64,000 nt of DNA from Bacilli bacterium (GCA_024680795.1 JAILBR010000071.1:2541-66540); one strand, 5' to 3'. Shown: positions 34,475 through 47,314, counted from the stretch's first letter. Numbers and translations: made by a program. The notes: a model not told the origin generated them from the letters alone.

Positions 34475-34867
34475 ATGAAGAAATGGTTAGATAAATACTC
34501 AAGTACCACAAAAATTGCGATGCTTATGTACGCGCTTGGGGTCTTAGTATTTGTCCTCCTAACTCCATTTTTTTTCTTTAATTTAATGGATATCCCTCTT
34601 GGCGCACTTCTAGGAGGAACTATTACTGGCTCCCTTTATCTACTTTCTAGTGCTGCTGAAAAGTCAGATGAGAAAAAGGGAAACGCTACTTTAACCATCA
34701 TCGTTCAAAGCGCAAGATTCTTTGTTATTGCGGGTGTGATGGTGTTAATTAGTTTTATGTATTTTAGATGGGACATGAAGATATTCAACCCATTTAGTTA
34801 TATTGCACTTTACACGGCCTCTGTCGTGATAAATGTCATTATTATGCTTATTGAAAGGAATAAATAG
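34475..34867 (+). CDS. Small 4-TM protein at the head of the atp operon (AtpI-like)
   Basis: 130 aa with four hydrophobic segments, immediately upstream of atpB. The assignment rests on position and topology only. Confidence 0.4.
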   Translation: MKKWLDKYSSTTKIAMLMYALGVLVFVLLTPFFFFNLMDIPLGALLGGTITGSLYLLSSAAEKSDEKKGNATLTIIVQSARFFVIAGVMVLISFMYFRWDMKIFNPFSYIALYTASVVINVIIMLIERNK

Positions 34868-34872
34868 TAGGA

Positions 34873-35664
34873 ATGATTTTAGCCGACGACTTTGACATAG
34901 TCGCTCAATTTCTCGACACATCATCCGGATTAAGTGGGGAAACAATTTCCTCATTAATCATCATGGGCATTATTGCTCTACTTTCCTTTTATATTGCTAT
35001 TCGCGCTAGATTTGCTGATCCACTTAAAAAGCCAAAAGGAATTCTTTTAATCGCTGAAATAGGCGTAACATTCTTTGATCATTTAGTGGAAGATATGATG
35101 GGCAAAAGATATAAGGGCTTTGGTGGCTTTATTATGGCCATCGCCTGTTATTTATTTATTGCCTTTATTTGGGGTTTAACTGGGCTACCTTCTCCAGTTA
35201 CCAATCTAGCCACCCCATTATCATTAGGCTTAATTACATTCGTATTAATTCACGCGAATTCAATTAGGTTTACAAAATGGAAATATTTCAAACGTTATGT
35301 TGAACCATTCCCGGTGTTTTTACCAATCAACCTCATCTCTATGTGGGCGCCTTTATTATCACTCACGATGCGTATGTTTGGTAATGCACTCGCAGGATGG
35401 ACTTTAATGACAATGCTTTATCAAGCATTAGGTGGCATCGGTGATTCGATTATTAACTTTATAGTTAATGGTATCTCTCAATCATTTAATGTCGGTGGAC
35501 TTATCTCTCCAATCGCCACCCCAATTTTACACGCTTATTTTGATCTATTCTCTGGTCTCATTCAGACTGTTGTCTTCTTATTCTTAACAATGATTTTCAT
35601 TGCTGTAGAAGGACCAGAGGAAGAAGAAACTACAACAGAACTTTCAAGGGAAGGAGGAAAATAA
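34873..35664 (+). CDS. atpB: F0 ATP synthase subunit a
   Basis: Conserved Arg motif LSLTMRMFGNALAG; polytopic. Confidence 0.88.
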   Translation: MILADDFDIVAQFLDTSSGLSGETISSLIIMGIIALLSFYIAIRARFADPLKKPKGILLIAEIGVTFFDHLVEDMMGKRYKGFGGFIMAIACYLFIAFIWGLTGLPSPVTNLATPLSLGLITFVLIHANSIRFTKWKYFKRYVEPFPVFLPINLISMWAPLLSLTMRMFGNALAGWTLMTMLYQALGGIGDSIINFIVNGISQSFNVGGLISPIATPILHAYFDLFSGLIQTVVFLFLTMIFIAVEGPEEEETTTELSREGGK

Positions 35665-35665
35665 T

Positions 35666-35884
35666 ATGTCAAATGCTCTCGCAGCCGCAATTGCAATTCT
35701 AGGTGTTATGCCATCCGCTTTAGGCGAAGGCTTAGTTTGTGCAAAAGCACTCGAAGGAATGGCTAGAAATCCAGAAATGGCCGGTAAGTTACGTACCAAC
35801 ATGATTTTGGCCTGTGCACTTGTTGAAACAACCGCTATTTATTCATTACTTGTTTCTATTCTTTTAATGTTCGTCATCAAATAA
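35666..35884 (+). CDS. atpE: F0 ATP synthase subunit c
   Basis: 72-aa hairpin with MARNPE in the loop and the carboxylate in ALVETTAIY. Confidence 0.9.
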   Translation: MSNALAAAIAILGVMPSALGEGLVCAKALEGMARNPEMAGKLRTNMILACALVETTAIYSLLVSILLMFVIK

Positions 35885-35895
35885 GGAGGAGTTAG

Positions 35896-36474
35896 ATGAA
35901 AAAGAGAAAATTAGTTTTCTTGCTACCATTAGTAATCATGCTTACTGGTTGTAATATCAATATCAGTAGCGATGATTTTACTAGTAAACTCATCCCTAAT
36001 TGGCCAAGTTTTGTGGCTCAGTTAGGTGCTTTACTCGTCCTTATTTTTGTGGTGATATTCTTTGCCTACAAACCTGTTAAGAAAATCTTAAATAAGAGAC
36101 AGGATTATATCGAACAAAACATTAAAGATGCCGAGCAAGCTAAAGCTACTTGGCAAGAAAATGAAACTAAATCACAAGCTACTGTCCTTGCTAGTAAAAA
36201 GGAGGCGGCTGGTATCGTTGCCGATGCAAAATTAGAAGCCGAAAAAGAAAAAGCTAAAATTCTTGATGACGCTGCTAAAGAAGTCGAAAAGATGAAACAA
36301 GATGCAGAAAACGATATCGCTAGAATGGAAGAGGAAGCGCAAGAAGCCATCAGAAAAGAAATGGTGGATATCGCTTTAGATGCTTCTAAAGAACTGCTTG
36401 GAAGAGAAGTCAATTCTAGCGACAATAGCCGTTTGATTGAAGAATTCATTGAGGAAGTTAAGAAAGAAGATTAG
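35896..36474 (+). CDS. atpF: F0 ATP synthase subunit b, with an N-terminal lipoprotein-type signal
   Basis: MKKRKLVFLLPLVIMLTGC carries a lipobox (LTGC). A TM helix and a long charged coiled coil follow. An AAGGAGG SD lies upstream. Confidence 0.85.
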   Translation: MKKRKLVFLLPLVIMLTGCNINISSDDFTSKLIPNWPSFVAQLGALLVLIFVVIFFAYKPVKKILNKRQDYIEQNIKDAEQAKATWQENETKSQATVLASKKEAAGIVADAKLEAEKEKAKILDDAAKEVEKMKQDAENDIARMEEEAQEAIRKEMVDIALDASKELLGREVNSSDNSRLIEEFIEEVKKED

Positions 36475-36477
36475 TCT

Positions 36478-37017
36478 ATGCACGAACTCGCTTCACGTTA
36501 CGCTCAAGCTCTTTATTCTTTAAAGAGGGATTCTAAAAAGGTTGAAGAAACCCAAATTGAAGTTAAAGAAATCATGAAGATTATCAAAGATAATCCTGAT
36601 TTTCTAACGCTTTTAGATACCCCACATTTATCTAAAGAAGAAAGAATTGCAATCGTAGATAAAGTCTTTGCTTCTATCGATGAAGATATTAAAAATCTAA
36701 TCAAAATTGTAATTGAAAATGGCCGAGCCTTATATCTATTACAAATCTTTGAAGATTTTAATTCTTTAGCAAACGAATACCGTGGAGTGAAAGAAGGCTT
36801 AGTTTATAGCGCTATGCCAATCAGTGACAAAGAACTTTCTAATATCACTAAAACCATTAGTGAGATAGAGAAATGTCCTGTCGAATTAAAAGTTATAGTT
36901 GATTCCACTTTAATTGGTGGTATCAAAGTGGTCATAAATGACCACATCTATGATGGATCAATAAAACATCATATTGAAGAAATGAAAAATACCTTGTTAA
37001 AGAAGGAGGGCGATTAG
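36478..37017 (+). CDS. atpH: F1 ATP synthase subunit delta (OSCP)
   Basis: N-terminal ASRYAQALY motif, 179 aa, operon position. Confidence 0.85.
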   Translation: MHELASRYAQALYSLKRDSKKVEETQIEVKEIMKIIKDNPDFLTLLDTPHLSKEERIAIVDKVFASIDEDIKNLIKIVIENGRALYLLQIFEDFNSLANEYRGVKEGLVYSAMPISDKELSNITKTISEIEKCPVELKVIVDSTLIGGIKVVINDHIYDGSIKHHIEEMKNTLLKKEGD

Positions 37018-37019
37018 TT

Positions 37020-38537
37020 ATGAAAATTAACTCAAAAGAAATCAGTTCATTAATCAAAGAACAAATTAAGAACTATTCCCGTAATATCGATAGCAGTGAC
37101 GTTGGCACTGTCATCAGTGTTGGTGATGGAATTGCTCTTGTTTATGGACTAAGCGAAGCTATGCTTGGTGAATTATTACTTTTCCCAAACGATATCTATG
37201 GCTTAGTGATGAACTTAGAAACTGACCATGTAGGTGCTGTTTTACTTGGTGATGATACTTTGATTAAAGAAGGCGATGAGGTTAAAAGAACTAGACGCGT
37301 TATGGAAGTCCCAGTCGGTGACAATATGCTTGGTAGAGTGGTGAACGCTCTTGGCCAACCAATTGATGGAATGGGACCAATTGAGACTAGCAAAACTAGA
37401 CCAATTGAAGTAATCGCTCCGGGTGTTATTACTCGTAAGAGTGTTGATACTCCTTTAGAAACTGGTATTACAATGATTGATGCTATTACACCAATCGGAA
37501 GAGGTCAAAGAGAGCTCATTATCGGTGATAGACAAACCGGTAAAACCGCAATCGCAATTGACACAATTATTAACCAAAAGGGCAAGGATGTGCTTTGTAT
37601 TTACGTGGCAATTGGCCAAAAGAACTCAACTGTTGCCCAAATCGTTGACCGTTTAAAAGCCTTTGATGCGATGGAATATACTTTAGTAGTTTCTGCTACT
37701 GCAAGTGAACCGGCTCCAATGCTATATGTCGCTCCTTATGCCGGATGCGCAATCGCTGAAGAATGGATGTTCCAAGGTAAAGATGTCCTTATCGTTTATG
37801 ATGACTTAAGTAAGCATGCGGTCAGCTATCGTACCTTATCATTATTACTAAAAAGAAGCCCTGGAAGAGAAGCTTATCCAGGTGATGTCTTCTATCTACA
37901 TAGTAGGTTATTAGAAAGAGCGTGTAAGCTCAATAAGAAATATGGTGGTGGTTCCATTACCGCTTTACCAATTGTTGAAACTCAATCTGGTGATATCTCC
38001 GCTTATATTCCTACTAACGTTATTTCCATTACTGATGGTCAAATTTTCTTAGTGACCGATTTATTTAACGCTGGCCAAAGACCAGCAATTGATGCCGGAT
38101 TATCTGTCTCCCGTGTTGGTGGAGCAGCCCAGACCAAAGCCATGAAACAAGTAGCGAGAAGTTTAAAGATTGATCTTGCTAGTTTTGAAGAAATGAAATC
38201 ATTCTCCCAATTCGGAAGTGATTTAGATGCTTCTACTGTCTCAATTCTTAGACACGGTGAAGCCTTATTACAAGTTTTAAAACAAAAACAATATGAACCA
38301 TATCCATTAAATAAAGAAATCTTCTATCTCTATATGGCTAAAAATAAACATCTAGATGATATTAATGTCCATAAAGTTGGTGATTTCTTAGCAAAAGCTT
38401 ATGAATATATGGTCAATAAACACAATAACATCTTGGAAGATATCCAAGAAAAGAAAGAGATTACTGATGAAAATCTCAATCGTTTAAATGATGCGATTAA
38501 TGAAATTAATTCCATCTATAAAGAAGAATATAAATAG
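37020..38537 (+). CDS. atpA: F1 ATP synthase subunit alpha
   Basis: Walker A GDRQTGKT; 505 aa. Confidence 0.95.
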   Translation: MKINSKEISSLIKEQIKNYSRNIDSSDVGTVISVGDGIALVYGLSEAMLGELLLFPNDIYGLVMNLETDHVGAVLLGDDTLIKEGDEVKRTRRVMEVPVGDNMLGRVVNALGQPIDGMGPIETSKTRPIEVIAPGVITRKSVDTPLETGITMIDAITPIGRGQRELIIGDRQTGKTAIAIDTIINQKGKDVLCIYVAIGQKNSTVAQIVDRLKAFDAMEYTLVVSATASEPAPMLYVAPYAGCAIAEEWMFQGKDVLIVYDDLSKHAVSYRTLSLLLKRSPGREAYPGDVFYLHSRLLERACKLNKKYGGGSITALPIVETQSGDISAYIPTNVISITDGQIFLVTDLFNAGQRPAIDAGLSVSRVGGAAQTKAMKQVARSLKIDLASFEEMKSFSQFGSDLDASTVSILRHGEALLQVLKQKQYEPYPLNKEIFYLYMAKNKHLDDINVHKVGDFLAKAYEYMVNKHNNILEDIQEKKEITDENLNRLNDAINEINSIYKEEYK

Positions 38538-38548
38538 AAAGTTGAACT

Positions 38549-40820
<2,272 letters not shown>

Positions 40821-40821
<1 letters not shown>

Positions 40822-41228
40822 TGGATAAGAGTTTTAAAGTTTTAATTTCTACTCCATATGGGAAATATCTAGAAACCCAAGCTGAATATTTAAGTGTCAC
40901 CACTGGCATGGGCGTTTTAGGTATACTCGCTAATCACACACCTTTAATCACTAATCTTGAGATATGTGAACTAGAAATCAAGAGTGGAAAAGAAACTTTG
41001 AATTACGCGATTTCTGGTGGATTAATGAATATTAAACCTAATAACGAAGTCGTCTTACTCGTTAACACGATTGAAAGAGGCGATGAGATTGACCTTGATA
41101 GGGCAATGAAGTCTAAAGAACGTGCTGAAAAACGTCTAAATGAAGATAATGTGGATGCGGCTAGAGCGAGAGCATCTTTAGCAAGAGCGTTAGTCCGTAT
41201 TGCTGTTTCCAATAAAATCAAATTATAA
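40821..41228 (+). CDS. atpC: F1 ATP synthase subunit epsilon
   Basis: 135 aa with a beta-sandwich N-terminus and a helical C-terminus. The start overlaps the atpD stop (TAATG). Confidence 0.88.
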
Positions 41229-41257
41229 TTATATTATAGAACCACGGAGGAATAGAT

Positions 41258-41821
41258 ATGCATTCATGGCATGACGTAAAAGCGTCTAGGATTAGTCCAG
41301 ACCACTTTTTAGCACTTATTGAAATTTCAAAAGGTAGTAAAAACAAATACGAACTCGATAAAGAAACCGGCCACTTAATTTTGGACCGTGTCTTATTTAC
41401 TTCGACACACTACCCACAAAACTATGGTTTTATTCCAAGAACCTACGCAAGAGACTTTGACCCTCTTGATGTTTTAGTGCTTTGCAGTGAATCCATCATT
41501 CCAATGAGCTTTGTCGATTGTAAACCAATCGGTGTCCTCATTATGAAAGATAATGGTCTTTTCGATGAAAAGATTATCGCCGTTCCTTTAAAGGATCCAT
41601 TCTATTCTAATATCAATGATTTAAGTGAAATTCCTCCTCATATTATGGAAGAAATTAAACATTTCTTTACCGTATATAAGACTCTAGAAGGCAAAGATAC
41701 CGCGGTTGGAGAAATGTATGGTAGAGAAGAAGCAATGAAAGTTATTGCGGATTGTATTGCTGCTTATAAGCAAGATATCGAACCTAAATATTTAGCGGAG
41801 AGAAAAGCGAAAGGATTCTAA
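41258..41821 (+). CDS. ppa: Soluble inorganic pyrophosphatase (family I)
   Basis: YELDKETG, YPQNYGFIP and DFDPLDVLVL motifs. Confidence 0.9.
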   Translation: MHSWHDVKASRISPDHFLALIEISKGSKNKYELDKETGHLILDRVLFTSTHYPQNYGFIPRTYARDFDPLDVLVLCSESIIPMSFVDCKPIGVLIMKDNGLFDEKIIAVPLKDPFYSNINDLSEIPPHIMEEIKHFFTVYKTLEGKDTAVGEMYGREEAMKVIADCIAAYKQDIEPKYLAERKAKGF

Positions 41822-42348
41822 TGATTCATATCGTTTTATATCGACCTGAAAAACCTCAAAATACCGGAAATATCATGAGAACGTGCGTTGCTATCAACGC
41901 CGTTTTAGATATTATCGGACCTTTAACATTTTCGATTGATTCCAAAGACCTCAAAAGAGTGGGAATGGATTATATCGATAATTTAAGATATAACTACTAT
42001 GAAGATTATGATGCTTTTCTAAAAGCATATCCCAATCAAGAAGTCTTTTATGTGACTAGATATTCTAATAAGGTCTATTCCAGTTTTGATTTTAAAGATG
42101 TGACCAAAGATGTCTTTTTGATGTTTGGTAGAGAATCTACTGGCATCCCTCACGATATTTTAAGAAGTCATCCTGATCATTTATTAAGATTACCAATGGT
42201 ACCAAACGCAAGAAGTTTAAATCTATCTAACTGTGTCGCCATTGTGGCTTATGAAGTTTTAAGGCAACAAAACTTCTATAATTTATCGACACATGAAGCG
42301 ATTAAAGGTGAAGACTTTTTAATAGAAGAAAGTAAGAAAAATGGGTGA
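41821..42348 (+). CDS. trmL: tRNA (cytidine/uridine-2'-O)-methyltransferase TrmL (SpoU/TrmH family)
   Basis: NTGNIMRTC, LMFGRESTGIP and LNLSNCVAIVAYE motifs. Confidence 0.85.
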   Translation: MIHIVLYRPEKPQNTGNIMRTCVAINAVLDIIGPLTFSIDSKDLKRVGMDYIDNLRYNYYEDYDAFLKAYPNQEVFYVTRYSNKVYSSFDFKDVTKDVFLMFGRESTGIPHDILRSHPDHLLRLPMVPNARSLNLSNCVAIVAYEVLRQQNFYNLSTHEAIKGEDFLIEESKKNG

Positions 42349-42919
42349 GGCATATAAAAAATATATAGAGAAAGAAAAACTTTCTCGTGATTTCTCTAGA
42401 GAGATTGCTAATGTTGTCAATCGTTATTTTGATTCGTTTTTAGAAAAGGCAAAAGAAAATGTGACGCCAATCGATGAATCTAGAGAAAGAGCTAAAGCTC
42501 AATATTTTAAGCAAGCCATGATTCATGAAAAAAATAAAGAATATGAAAAAGCATTAGAGTTCTTCCTATTTGCGGTGGAACTTGGACATGGAGAAGCGTG
42601 TTATAAAGCTGGTATATATTATTTAAATGGTTTAGGAACTCCGATCAATCACGATAAGGCTTTTACGATGTTTGAACTTGGTATGAGAAATTATTATTTT
42701 CCTGCTAATGCAAAACTAGCAGAATGTTATCTATATGGATATGGAACTAGAATCGATGTCAATAAAGCGATTGATGTTTTAGAGATGGGTACTTTTTTAG
42801 ATGATGAAGACTGCATCAATCTATTAGCGGACTTATATGAAAAAGGCGAGTATATCGAGAAGGATTATGAACTCGCCGATTATTTAAGAAGTAAGATTAT
42901 CCCAGAAGGGGAAGCTTAG
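42341..42919 (+). CDS. Sel1/TPR-like repeat protein
   Basis: Repeats of the Sel1 pattern (GEACYKAGIYYLNGLGTPINHDKAFTMFELG; AKLAECYLYGYGTRIDVNKAIDVLEMG). Confidence 0.7.
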   Translation: MGEAYKKYIEKEKLSRDFSREIANVVNRYFDSFLEKAKENVTPIDESRERAKAQYFKQAMIHEKNKEYEKALEFFLFAVELGHGEACYKAGIYYLNGLGTPINHDKAFTMFELGMRNYYFPANAKLAECYLYGYGTRIDVNKAIDVLEMGTFLDDEDCINLLADLYEKGEYIEKDYELADYLRSKIIPEGEA

Positions 42920-44313
42920 TTAGTAAATCTCTTTTGAGATAGAAGTAGTTCATATGTTGAACTTCTAACTTCTCTAAGAGTGATTAACTTATAACTTAGC
43001 ATATTAGTTTGGCCAGGAGTTTGGCCCTTTTTTATTTCTCTAACTGGAGCGTATTTGATATCTCCTTCTTTTTGATTAGAAAGAATTAAACAAATCTCGC
43101 TAGCGGTTAACATTTCTTCATTTGTAGGATGATTATTGAAGATGATAACGTGACTACCTGAATAGTGGTCAATATGTAAAAACAGGTGGTCTCTGTCGGC
43201 TTTTTTGAATGTTAAATAGTCGTTTTGAATTGCGTTTTTACCAAAAGCGATGATGGTGTTTCCTTCTTTGATATAGAAAGGTAAACGTGGATCAACTTTA
43301 CTCTTTTTTGGTTTTTGATTATGTCTTAGCATGTATTTGTTATGAAGCTCTAAAAGCTCATTTTCATCTAGATAATCAAAAGTATTTATGATGTTAGTGA
43401 TTTCTTCTATTTCATCATTAGCTTTTTTGATTTCTATATCATCATGCTCAATCGTTCTTTTAGCTTTTTTATAACGATTAAAAATCTTAGTGGCGTTCTT
43501 TTCTGGAGATAGATTTTCATCATATAGGTCAGATATGTTTTGTTTTACATATTTTTCTAACTCATCTTTATCATATAAATAGGCATAAATCATCTCACCA
43601 TACTCTTTATAGATAAGCTTATCTTCTGCATCTTTCTTTTCTTTATTTAAGACGTCAATCTTTTTAAGGAGCGATTTCCTTTTGGTGATGAGATAAGTAT
43701 ATAAAGGTTTTTGATTTTCCTTTTTTCTTTTACTAGTCGCCTCTAATAGATATTGATGAGCGAACTTTTTATATTCTTCTAAAGAAGGAGATTCTTTTTC
43801 GGCAAAGTTACTATGTCTTTCTAATGGAATATATTTCATACCCCTAACGATTGGATGATTATGTGTTAAATCAGTGTAGTGATAGGCATATAAAATCTTG
43901 TCATCTTTATCCAAAATGATGAGGTTGCTCTTGGTGGGAATAAGTTCAACCACTAAAGACATATCTTCTTTTTCAAAAAAGTCGTTTGTCTTTTGGAGAG
44001 TGAATCTCACTACTCGGTCATCATTAATAATGGAAATATCAGTAATGTATGTTCCTTTTAAATTCTTTCTAAGATTATCGCTTAATCCGCCCATCGTGGT
44101 GGCACTAGAAAATTCTTTTCCAATTAAAGAAATAATCGGATTTTGATGATTCAGGGAAATCAATAGTTTTTCCTTCACATAAAAAGAGAATTGGAAAAGA
44201 ATGTCACTAGAATTGATGATAGAAACATGAGCGAAATGATTGCCTTCAATCTTATCTTGTAATTCTTCAACCACCTTTTTAAGAAGCGAAAGAGTTAATT
44301 TGATATTTTCCAT
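42916..44313 (-). CDS. rqcH: NFACT-family ribosome quality-control protein (RqcH/FbpA-like), short form
   Basis: NFACT-N region with the conserved DR pair (INDDRVVRF), a central coiled coil, and a C-terminal NFACT-R-like region (GSHVIIFNN, GQT). 465 aa. Confidence 0.75.
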   Translation of the reverse strand: MENIKLTLSLLKKVVEELQDKIEGNHFAHVSIINSSDILFQFSFYVKEKLLISLNHQNPIISLIGKEFSSATTMGGLSDNLRKNLKGTYITDISIINDDRVVRFTLQKTNDFFEKEDMSLVVELIPTKSNLIILDKDDKILYAYHYTDLTHNHPIVRGMKYIPLERHSNFAEKESPSLEEYKKFAHQYLLEATSKRKKENQKPLYTYLITKRKSLLKKIDVLNKEKKDAEDKLIYKEYGEMIYAYLYDKDELEKYVKQNISDLYDENLSPEKNATKIFNRYKKAKRTIEHDDIEIKKANDEIEEITNIINTFDYLDENELLELHNKYMLRHNQKPKKSKVDPRLPFYIKEGNTIIAFGKNAIQNDYLTFKKADRDHLFLHIDHYSGSHVIIFNNHPTNEEMLTASEICLILSNQKEGDIKYAPVREIKKGQTPGQTNMLSYKLITLREVRSSTYELLLSQKRFTN

Positions 44314-44442
44314 ATCAATTAGTCTATCACGAGTTAGAGTAACCTTCTATCTAGGAATTGCTAATTTTAAATAAATACTGATGGATACAAGGAAAAATTG
44401 ATATATCTATATTTTGTATAATTAAAAATTAATTTTTATTGT

Positions 44443-44470
44443 TTGACAAAAAAGTCTATTTCTATATAAT
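44443..44470 (+). promoter_or_regulatory. Near-consensus promoter of gmk; leaderless candidate
   Basis: TTGACA (44443-44448), a 16-nt spacer, TATAAT (44465-44470), then 8 nt to ATG 44479. There is no SD. Confidence 0.6.
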
Positions 44471-44478
44471 AGACGCAA

Positions 44479-45051
44479 ATGAAAAAGGGATTGCTTATTA
44501 TTTTCTCTGGACCATCTGGAGTAGGAAAAGGAACTGTCAGAAAGTACATAATGGATAATTATGACCTCCAGCTCACCTACTCAATTTCAATGACCACTCG
44601 TCTTCCTAGAGATAAGGAAGTAGATGGAGTGGATTACTACTTTGTTAGCAAAGAAGAATTCCAAAAGAATATTGAAGAAGGCAATTTCTTAGAGTATCAA
44701 GAATTCGTTGGTAATTACTATGGTACCCCTAAGAGCAAGGTTGAAGAACTTAGAAATAAGGGCAAGAATGTCTTCCTTGAAATTGAAGTTAAAGGGGCCA
44801 CAGAAGTAATGAGTAAGGTCAACGATGACCGTGTAATATCTTTCTTCTTAATGCCACCAAGCATCGATGCTTTGGAACAAAGAATTAGAAGAAGAAAGAC
44901 TGAAGATGAATCAGTCATTCAAGAAAGACTACAAAAAGGCGAAAGCGAAATGAGCTGCGCTTCTAACTACGATCACGTGATTCTTAACGATGATGTAGCT
45001 AGAGCAAGCCAAGAAATTGTTGATTTAATCAAAAAGAAGATTAGAAGCTAA
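44479..45051 (+). CDS. gmk: Guanylate kinase
   Basis: GPSGVGKGT P-loop; SISMTTRLPRDKEVDGVDYYF. Confidence 0.93.
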   Translation: MKKGLLIIFSGPSGVGKGTVRKYIMDNYDLQLTYSISMTTRLPRDKEVDGVDYYFVSKEEFQKNIEEGNFLEYQEFVGNYYGTPKSKVEELRNKGKNVFLEIEVKGATEVMSKVNDDRVISFFLMPPSIDALEQRIRRRKTEDESVIQERLQKGESEMSCASNYDHVILNDDVARASQEIVDLIKKKIRS

Positions 45052-45078
45052 TCAAAATATAGTAGAATAGACGATAAG

Positions 45079-47274
45079 ATGATAATTGTTGAAGTATTAA
45101 TCGAAAAAGCCAATTATTCACTCGATCGTCCTTTTTATTACCTTTATGAAGGTGATAAGAAAATAGAGAAAGGATATCGAGTATTATTAGAATTCAACCA
45201 TCAAGAGCTGGTTGGATATGTTTTAAAAGTTGAGAAAACTAATAAATCAAAAGAAGCATTAGAAGAAGAATTAGGATTTAACCTATTTTATATTAATGAT
45301 GTCATCGATAACGCACCTTTATTAAACGACGATTTATTCGCTTTAGCAGATCAAGTTGCGGATTATTATATCGCTCCGAAAATCGCAGTTTTGCAATCGA
45401 TGCTGCCTCCAAGTTTATCACCTAGAAAAAGTTCCCTAAAAGCACCGAAAATTGCTTATGACCAATATGTAAAAGTTAAATATTTTGATACGACTGATTT
45501 AACCGCTAAACAGATTGAACTTTTGACTTTGATTAAAGATAATGAGCCAGTTCTTAAAAGCGAAATCAAACAAGTATCGATTTTAAATAAACTTCTTGAA
45601 CACGATTTAGTGGAAATAGTTAAAGTTGAAAAAAGAAGACTAAATCTTCCTGATATTGAAGAAGAAAAAGAAGTTATTTTATCAACAGAACAAAATCAAG
45701 TTATATATGAATTTAATAATAGCAATGACTCTGTTTATCTACTTGAAGGGGTAACTGGAAGTGGAAAAAGTGAAGTCTATTTAACTTTATCTAAACAGAT
45801 GCTTGCCAGAGGAAAATCTGTCCTTATGTTGGTACCAGAAATATCATTAACACCTATGGCAACCCGACATTTCCTGGCTAGATTTAAAGAAAACGTCGCA
45901 ATCCTTCATAGCGAACTTACCCCTGCTGAGAAATATGACGAATATCGAAAAATCGCTAGAGGAGAAGCAAAAATAGTGGTGGGTGCTAGAAGCGCAATAT
46001 TCGCTCCACTTAGCAATATTGGCCTCATCATTTTAGATGAAGAACATGTCGAAAGTTATAAGCAAGATGTCTCACCTTTCTATCACGCTAGAGAAGTAGC
46101 GATTATGAGAAGTAAGATGCATAATGCAAAAGTATTATTAGGTAGTGCTACTCCATCATTAGAAAGCCGTGCAAGAGCAGGTAAAGGCGTTTATCACTTA
46201 TTAACTTTAACTAAGAGAATAAATGAACAACCTCTTCCAAAAACCACGATTATCAATATGGGTGATTATCGCAATATTGATCGTGATAGTTACATGTTCT
46301 CTTTAAAACTTAGAGATAGACTTAAAAATGTTTTAGATAACCATAATCAGGCTATCTTGTTAATCAATAGAAGAGGGTTTGCTACTACATGTAGCTGTAG
46401 ACATTGCGGACATATTTTTAAGTGTCCAACTTGTGGCATACCTCTAACCTACCATAAGAAAGAAAATCTATTAAAATGTCATCATTGCGACTATATGGAA
46501 GTGGCTAGCGAAACCTGTCCTGAATGCGGCAGCAAATATATTATGCGTTCTGGATTTGGCACCGAAAGAATTGAAGAAGAAATCCATAAATTATATCCAG
46601 AAGCAAGAACACTTAGATTAGATAGTGATTCTGCTAAAATTAGAACCAAGATTCCGAAAGTTATCGAAGCCTTTAGAAACAAAGAAGCTGATATTTTAAT
46701 CGGCACCCAAATGATTGCTAAGGGACATGATTTCCCTGATGTCACTTTAGTTGGTATTGTTTTAGCGGATATCGGCTTATCAATGCCAAGTTATCGAAGT
46801 AGCGAAAGAGCGTTTCAACTTATCACCCAAGCAGTCGGAAGAAGTGGAAGAAGTGATAAAGTGGGTGAAGCAATTATTCAAACCTACATGCCTGACCACT
46901 ACGCAATCACAATGGCAGCTAGACAAGACTATGAACTTTTCTATAAGAAAGAGATGTCGATGAGAAAGTTACAAGCTTTTCCACCATATACATTTTTAGC
47001 AAGTGTTTCGATAAGTGGCAAAAATGAAGATGTGGTTATCGATACGACACTTAGATTAGCGGATCAACTAAATAATGAGTTTAAAGATAAAGGAATTATC
47101 TTAGGACCAACCACCCCATATATCTCTTTTGAGCAAGATAAACATATTAGAGTTATATTAATAAAATATAAAGACCAAGAATTAGCGAGAATTATACTAG
47201 CAAAATTAATCAAATCCCTTATAAATAAGAGTCAAATTTCAGTTGCAGTTAATATTGACCCCTACAATTTCTAA
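45079..47274 (+). CDS. priA: Primosomal replication-restart helicase PriA
   Basis: GVTGSGKSEVY Walker A, DEEH box, and a Cys-rich Zn-binding insertion (CRHCGHIFKCPTCG...CHHC...CPECG). Confidence 0.92.
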   Translation: MIIVEVLIEKANYSLDRPFYYLYEGDKKIEKGYRVLLEFNHQELVGYVLKVEKTNKSKEALEEELGFNLFYINDVIDNAPLLNDDLFALADQVADYYIAPKIAVLQSMLPPSLSPRKSSLKAPKIAYDQYVKVKYFDTTDLTAKQIELLTLIKDNEPVLKSEIKQVSILNKLLEHDLVEIVKVEKRRLNLPDIEEEKEVILSTEQNQVIYEFNNSNDSVYLLEGVTGSGKSEVYLTLSKQMLARGKSVLMLVPEISLTPMATRHFLARFKENVAILHSELTPAEKYDEYRKIARGEAKIVVGARSAIFAPLSNIGLIILDEEHVESYKQDVSPFYHAREVAIMRSKMHNAKVLLGSATPSLESRARAGKGVYHLLTLTKRINEQPLPKTTIINMGDYRNIDRDSYMFSLKLRDRLKNVLDNHNQAILLINRRGFATTCSCRHCGHIFKCPTCGIPLTYHKKENLLKCHHCDYMEVASETCPECGSKYIMRSGFGTERIEEEIHKLYPEARTLRLDSDSAKIRTKIPKVIEAFRNKEADILIGTQMIAKGHDFPDVTLVGIVLADIGLSMPSYRSSERAFQLITQAVGRSGRSDKVGEAIIQTYMPDHYAITMAARQDYELFYKKEMSMRKLQAFPPYTFLASVSISGKNEDVVIDTTLRLADQLNNEFKDKGIILGPTTPYISFEQDKHIRVILIKYKDQELARIILAKLIKSLINKSQISVAVNIDPYNF

Positions 47275-47314
47275 AGAATTTGTAGTATAGTTATCTTCAA
47301 TCGAGGTATTAAAG

